A stretch of 32,000 nucleotides of DNA from Synechococcus sp. A15-28 (GTDB taxonomy: Bacteria > Cyanobacteriota > Cyanobacteriia > PCC-6307 > Cyanobiaceae), in assembly GCF_014280175.1 (NCBI RefSeq), contig NZ_CP047931.1, positions 2,280,001 through 2,312,000 on the forward strand, given 5' to 3'. Below are positions 27,606 to 32,000 of the stretch, piece by piece. Numbering within the stretch: position 1 is the stretch's first letter; each line of letters begins with the position of its first letter. The translations under genes and the position numbers were made by a program. A model generated the notes under the pieces. It was not told where the DNA came from and searched no databases. It saw nothing but the letters and a program-made list of their open reading frames with translations.

Positions 27606-28256
27606 GTGGTGCATCTGATCGGACCCATCGCCATTGGTCTCTGGCTCGGGATCGTGGTGCTGATCGCCGTGCTGACTCGTCAGCGCTGGCCCGATCAGCA
27701 GGAGTTGTCTCGCAAAATCATCCACATCGGCACAGGAGCCGTGGTTCCGCTGGCCTGGTTCTTCGCCGTCCCGGCCTGGATCGCCGTTCCCTTTGCCGTA
27801 TTGGTGACCCTGGCAACGGCGATCAACCACCGATGGCGCATCGTTCCGGCCGTTGAGGATGTCGATCGCAACAGCTACGGCACTGTTGCCTACGGCCTGG
27901 CGATCACCATGTTGCTGATTCTGTGCTGGCCCGCCCGAGCCGATGCAGTCTGCGCCGGTGTTCTGGTGATGGCTCTCGGCGATGGACTGGCTGGCCTCAT
28001 CGGCCGATCGGTGAACTCAGCGCGGTGGACCGTGCTGGGACAGACGAAGTCCGTCGCTGGCACGTTGACCATGGCCCTGGTCTCAACACTGGTGCTGGTC
28101 GGATTGATGCTGGTCAACGGCAACGCCATCGCCTGGAGAGTTGCCATAGGCATCAGTGCGTTGGCCACGGCCCTGGAACAAGTCAGTCCCGCGGGGGTGG
28201 ACAACCTCAGCGTGCCGCTGCTGGTGGGCCTGACCTGGGTGTTGCTGATCAGCTGA
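27606..28256 (+). CDS. Phytol kinase/phosphatidate cytidylyltransferase-like membrane protein
   Basis: SRKIIHIGTGAVVPLAWF, NSYGTVAYGLAI, GDGLAGLIGRSVNSARWTVLGQTKSVAGTLTM: VTE5/SEC59-type motifs. Confidence 0.85.
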   Translation: MVHLIGPIAIGLWLGIVVLIAVLTRQRWPDQQELSRKIIHIGTGAVVPLAWFFAVPAWIAVPFAVLVTLATAINHRWRIVPAVEDVDRNSYGTVAYGLAITMLLILCWPARADAVCAGVLVMALGDGLAGLIGRSVNSARWTVLGQTKSVAGTLTMALVSTLVLVGLMLVNGNAIAWRVAIGISALATALEQVSPAGVDNLSVPLLVGLTWVLLIS

Positions 28257-28275
28257 CCCGCAGCATGGCGTTCCA

Positions 28276-28653
28276 ATGACCCTGCCAATCGCCACGACTT
28301 CCGAGCCCGGCGACGAGTTCAATGTCAGCAGGGTGATGGGTGAGTTGCTTCTGCCATCCACGGATCTGGTCCTCCTGCACCATCCAGCGGTTAATCACCA
28401 TCTGCTGCAGTGGCTCGATGTCCCAATGCTGGTGACGTGCAACCCGCTGGGACCAACCCAGGAGTTCATCCAGCAGGAGGGGTCGAAAGCCTTCCACATG
28501 AAGACCGGTGCGTTGCTCCAGAGAAAACCGACACAGCGGATCTCCGAAGCCGAAGAAGTGAAGGTGAATCAACATCGTCTCCGTCTTGATCAAAACCTAC
28601 GGAGAAGTGATGGAAAATCTGTTCAACATGATCGGTTGATGCTGAACAGTTAG
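28276..28653 (+). CDS. Small hypothetical protein
   Basis: 125 aa, same strand as upstream genes, high GC at third codon positions (ctg, gtg, atc, gcc rich); competes with an opposite-strand ORF 28249..28593. Confidence 0.5.
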   Translation: MTLPIATTSEPGDEFNVSRVMGELLLPSTDLVLLHHPAVNHHLLQWLDVPMLVTCNPLGPTQEFIQQEGSKAFHMKTGALLQRKPTQRISEAEEVKVNQHRLRLDQNLRRSDGKSVQHDRLMLNS

Positions 28654-28715
28654 TAAGCGCAAAAGGAGAGCCTGATTAGCACTCAGGCACTTGGAGTGCT
28701 AATCGATGATGAACG

Positions 28716-29783
28716 TTATGCCGTCACAACGCTGCTGCGATCGGCCACGGCTCTAGCCAGCTCGGACAGCAGCGCATCCGTGGTCTCCAGGCTGATGCAG
28801 GCATCCGTAATGCTCTGGCCATAGGTGAGCTGGGAGAGATCAGCGGTGAGTTTCTGATTGCCTTCCACCAGATGACTTTCGATCATCACGCCCATCACAT
28901 GGCCGGATCCAGCCTTCAACTGATCAGCCACCGTGGCGAGTACATCGGCCTGGCGGCGGAAATCCTTGTTCGAGTTGGCATGGCTGCAGTCCACCATCAG
29001 ACGATCCTTCAGGCCCGCCTTGCTCAGTTCCGCTGCAGCAGCCTGAACGGCCTCCAGGTGGTAGTTGCTGCCCTGATGACCGCCACGCAGCACCAGATGA
29101 CCATCCGGGTTGCCGGTCGTGCTCACGATCGAAGCATGGCCGTCGCGGTTGATTCCCAGAAAATGATGAGGTTTCGATGCCGCCTGCATCGCATTGATGG
29201 CGATAGTGGCGCTGCCGTCAGTGCTGTTCTTGTAGCCGATCGGCATCGACAAGCCTGAAGCCATCTCCCGATGGGTCTGGCTTTCCGTGGTGCGGGCTCC
29301 GATCGCAGTCCAGCTGATCAGATCAGCGATGTACTGGGGAACCACCGGATCCAGCAGTTCCGTCGCTGCCGGCATACCCTCCCGGGCCAGGTCCAGCAGT
29401 AAGCCACGAGCCCGCCTCAGGCCTGTGTTGATGTCGTACGAGCCATCGAGGTGGGGGTCATTGATTAGGCCTTTCCAACCAACCGTCGTACGCGGCTTTT
29501 CGAAATAAACCCGCATCACCACCTCCAGCTGATCCTTCAGCCGTTCCCGGATCGGGGCCAGCCGTTCGGCGTACTCCCGCGCCGCCTTCACATCATGGAC
29601 CGAGCAGGGGCCCACCACCACCAGCAGACGCCGATCCTCGCCGCGCAAAATGGCCTGGATCCGTCGACGGGCCGATGCGACCGTCTCCATGGCGGCGGCA
29701 TCAATCGGCAGATCTCCGTGCAGCAGAGCCGGAGCCACCAGCGGACGGGTCTCCACCACATGCAAATCCGAGGTGGTGGCCAT
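28716..29783 (-). CDS. 3-deoxy-7-phosphoheptulonate (DAHP) synthase, class I AroF/G/H type
   Basis: [67 protein letters not shown]; start taken at internal ATG (MATTSDLH) of ORF 28716..29807. Confidence 0.95.
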   Translation of the reverse strand: MATTSDLHVVETRPLVAPALLHGDLPIDAAAMETVASARRRIQAILRGEDRRLLVVVGPCSVHDVKAAREYAERLAPIRERLKDQLEVVMRVYFEKPRTTVGWKGLINDPHLDGSYDINTGLRRARGLLLDLAREGMPAATELLDPVVPQYIADLISWTAIGARTTESQTHREMASGLSMPIGYKNSTDGSATIAINAMQAASKPHHFLGINRDGHASIVSTTGNPDGHLVLRGGHQGSNYHLEAVQAAAAELSKAGLKDRLMVDCSHANSNKDFRRQADVLATVADQLKAGSGHVMGVMIESHLVEGNQKLTADLSQLTYGQSITDACISLETTDALLSELARAVADRSSVVTA

Positions 29784-29879
29784 GACCGCGCGCGTGAAAC
29801 GGACCAAGGCTACGCATCCTGCTCACTGGCAACAGACCCTGTCCGGAAGAATGGTGCTCTGCCCCGCACATTCCTCACC

Positions 29880-32000
29880 ATGCTGAGCGCGTATCGCGAG
29901 CTGGCCGCCGACCGCGAAGCCCAAGGCATCCCGGCCCTGCCGCTGACAGCTGAGCAGACCCAGGCCCTGACCGAACTGCTGCAACAGCCACCCGCAGGGG
30001 AGGACGAAGCCCTGTTGCATCTCCTCAGTGAGCGCATTCCACCCGGCGTTGACGAAGCCACCTATGTGAAAGCCACCTGGCTCAGCGCCGTCGCCCAAGG
30101 GCAAGCAACAAGCTCCCTGGTGACACCCCTAGAGGCCACTCGCCTGCTCGGAACCATGGTGGGTGGGTACAACGTGGCAGCTCTGATTGAGCTGCTTCAG
30201 CACAGCGACGAGCAGCTGGCCAGCTGCGCGGCTGAAGGCCTCAGCCGCACCCTGCTGGTTTACGACGCCTTCAATGACGTGATGGAGCTGGCGGCGAGCA
30301 ATCGCTTCGCCAGGCAGGTGGTGGACAGCTGGGCGGCGGCCGAATGGTTCACCCGCCGTGAGCCCCTGGCCGAAATGATCACGGTGACCGTGTTCAAGGT
30401 GGAAGGGGAAACCAACACCGACGACCTCTCACCCGCCACCCACGCCACTACCCGACCGGACATTCCCCTGCACGCCCTGGCGATGCTCGAGACACGGGAT
30501 CCCGAGGGTCTGAAAAAGATCGCAACCCTCAAACAAAAGGGTCATCCCGTGGCCTACATGGGCGACGTGGTGGGCACCGGCAGCTCCAGGAAAAGTGCGA
30601 TCAACTCCGTGCTTTGGCACACCGGCAACGACATTCCCCACGTCCCCAACAAACGCGGCGGCGGCGTGATTCTCGGCGGCAAGATCGCGCCGATCTTTTT
30701 CAACACCGCCGAAGACTCCGGCGCTCTGCCGATCGAATGCGATGTCACCATGCTGAACACCGGTGATGTGATCACCATCCGCCCCCATTCCGGCACGATC
30801 GAACGCGAAGGCGAGGTGGTGAGCCGATTCGAACTCAAGCCCAGCACCATCAGCGATGAGGTGCGAGCCGGCGGCCGCATTCCCTTGATGATCGGCCGGG
30901 CCCTCACGGACAAGGTCCGAGCGCAGCTGGGTCTCGCCCCTTCGGACGCCTTCATCCGCCCCTCGGCACCAGCAGACACCGGCAAGGGCTTCACCCTGGC
31001 CCAGAAAATGGTGGGCAAGGCCTGTGGCCTGCCGGGCGTTCGCCCCGGCACCAGCTGCGAGCCACTGATGACCACCGTCGGCTCCCAGGACACCACGGGA
31101 CCGATGACCCGGGATGAGATGAAGGAGTTGGCCTGTCTCGGCTTCTCCTCCGACCTGGTGATGCAGAGCTTCTGCCACACCGCGGCTTATCCGAAACCAG
31201 TGGATCTGCAGACCCAGAAAGATCTGCCGGACTTCTTTGCCCAGCGCGGCGGTGTTGCCCTTCGCCCGGGCGACGGGATCATCCACAGCTGGCTGAACCG
31301 CATGCTCCTGCCCGACAGCGTGGGCACGGGTGGGGACAGCCACACCCGCTTCCCCCTCGGCATTTCCTTCCCCGCCGGTTCCGGCCTGGTGGCCTTCGCT
31401 GCTGCCATCGGTGCGATGCCCCTGGACATGCCCGAGTCGGTGCTGGTGCGCTTCAGCGGTTCGCTGCAGCCCGGTGTGACCCTGCGGGACGTGGTGAACG
31501 CCATTCCCTGGGTGGCCATTCAGAAGGGCCTGCTCACCGTGGAGAAGGCCAACAAGAAGAACATCTTCAACGGCCGGATCATGGAGATCGAAGGTCTGCC
31601 GGATCTCAAGCTGGAGCAGGCCTTCGAACTCACCGATGCCACAGCCGAACGCTCCTGCGCCGGCTGCACGATCAAGCTCTCGGAAGCAACCGTGAGCGAA
31701 TACCTGCGCAGCAATGTGGCCCTGCTGAAAAACATGATCGCAAGGGGCTACAGCGATGCCAAAACCCTGGCTCGGCGGATCAAGGCTATGGAGGCCTGGC
31801 TGGCCAATCCGCAGCTGCTGAGCGCTGATCCGGATGCTCAATATGCCGAAGTCCTGGAGATCAACCTCGACGAGCTCACCGAACCGGTGCTGGCCTGTCC
31901 CAACGATCCCGACAACGTGAAACTGCTGAGTGAGGTCGCCGGCGATCCCGTTCAGGAGGTGTTCATCGGCTCCTGCATGACCAACATCGGCCACTACCGC
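29880..32000 (+). CDS. acnB: Aconitate hydratase B, 5' part (runs off window)
   Basis: ATG at 29880 opens a frame unbroken for 707 codons to the edge; [111 protein letters not shown]. Missing from the ORF track because it is not closed. Confidence 0.96.
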   Translation, partial: MLSAYRELAADREAQGIPALPLTAEQTQALTELLQQPPAGEDEALLHLLSERIPPGVDEATYVKATWLSAVAQGQATSSLVTPLEATRLLGTMVGGYNVAALIELLQHSDEQLASCAAEGLSRTLLVYDAFNDVMELAASNRFARQVVDSWAAAEWFTRREPLAEMITVTVFKVEGETNTDDLSPATHATTRPDIPLHALAMLETRDPEGLKKIATLKQKGHPVAYMGDVVGTGSSRKSAINSVLWHTGNDIPHVPNKRGGGVILGGKIAPIFFNTAEDSGALPIECDVTMLNTGDVITIRPHSGTIEREGEVVSRFELKPSTISDEVRAGGRIPLMIGRALTDKVRAQLGLAPSDAFIRPSAPADTGKGFTLAQKMVGKACGLPGVRPGTSCEPLMTTVGSQDTTGPMTRDEMKELACLGFSSDLVMQSFCHTAAYPKPVDLQTQKDLPDFFAQRGGVALRPGDGIIHSWLNRMLLPDSVGTGGDSHTRFPLGISFPAGSGLVAFAAAIGAMPLDMPESVLVRFSGSLQPGVTLRDVVNAIPWVAIQKGLLTVEKANKKNIFNGRIMEIEGLPDLKLEQAFELTDATAERSCAGCTIKLSEATVSEYLRSNVALLKNMIARGYSDAKTLARRIKAMEAWLANPQLLSADPDAQYAEVLEINLDELTEPVLACPNDPDNVKLLSEVAGDPVQEVFIGSCMTNIGHYR

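Noticed and set aside
30429-31994. 521-aa minus-strand ORF
   Set aside because: Antisense shadow of acnB, which has clear aconitase motifs over the whole region; His/Gly/Gln-rich composition is typical of a GC-rich shadow.

Overview
The window looks like a chromosomal segment of a marine picocyanobacterium (Synechococcus-like). High-GC housekeeping blocks flank an AT-rich insert at about 6.4-20.5 kb. Left block (1-6.35 kb): 3' end of a beta-carbonic anhydrase, a molybdenum-cofactor set (moaC, moeA, moaE, moaD, moaB/mog) and siroheme genes (cobA/cysG-type methyltransferase plus a chelatase-like protein). AT-rich block: ferredoxin-nitrite reductase (nirA); an alpha/beta hydrolase with an apparent 3' frameshift; a znuABC-type metal ABC transporter; a CobW-family GTPase translationally coupled to a WD40 protein; small hypothetical ORFs; a cyanate/nitrate-type ABC transporter whose binding protein has a ~157-aa N-terminal extension ahead of a Tat motif; a TatA-like gene; a HEAT-like protein; and cyanase (cynS). 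Right block (21.4-32 kb): anthranilate phosphoribosyltransferase-like protein, GNAT, MFS transporter, polyphosphate kinase, a sigma factor, phytol kinase-like protein, DAHP synthase and aconitase B (runs off the edge). The best leads are a perfect palindromic NtcA-type box (GTATCAGGTGATAC) with a correctly placed -10 upstream of the binding-protein gene, the linkage of tatA to a Tat-type binding protein with a Cys-containing extension, the cobW-WD40 pair, the hydrolase frameshift, and three perfect tandem copies of a 16-bp unit near the right edge of the AT-rich block. I found no CRISPR array, transposase, phage module, rRNA or tRNA. I do not see strong evidence of a wholly new defence-type system.
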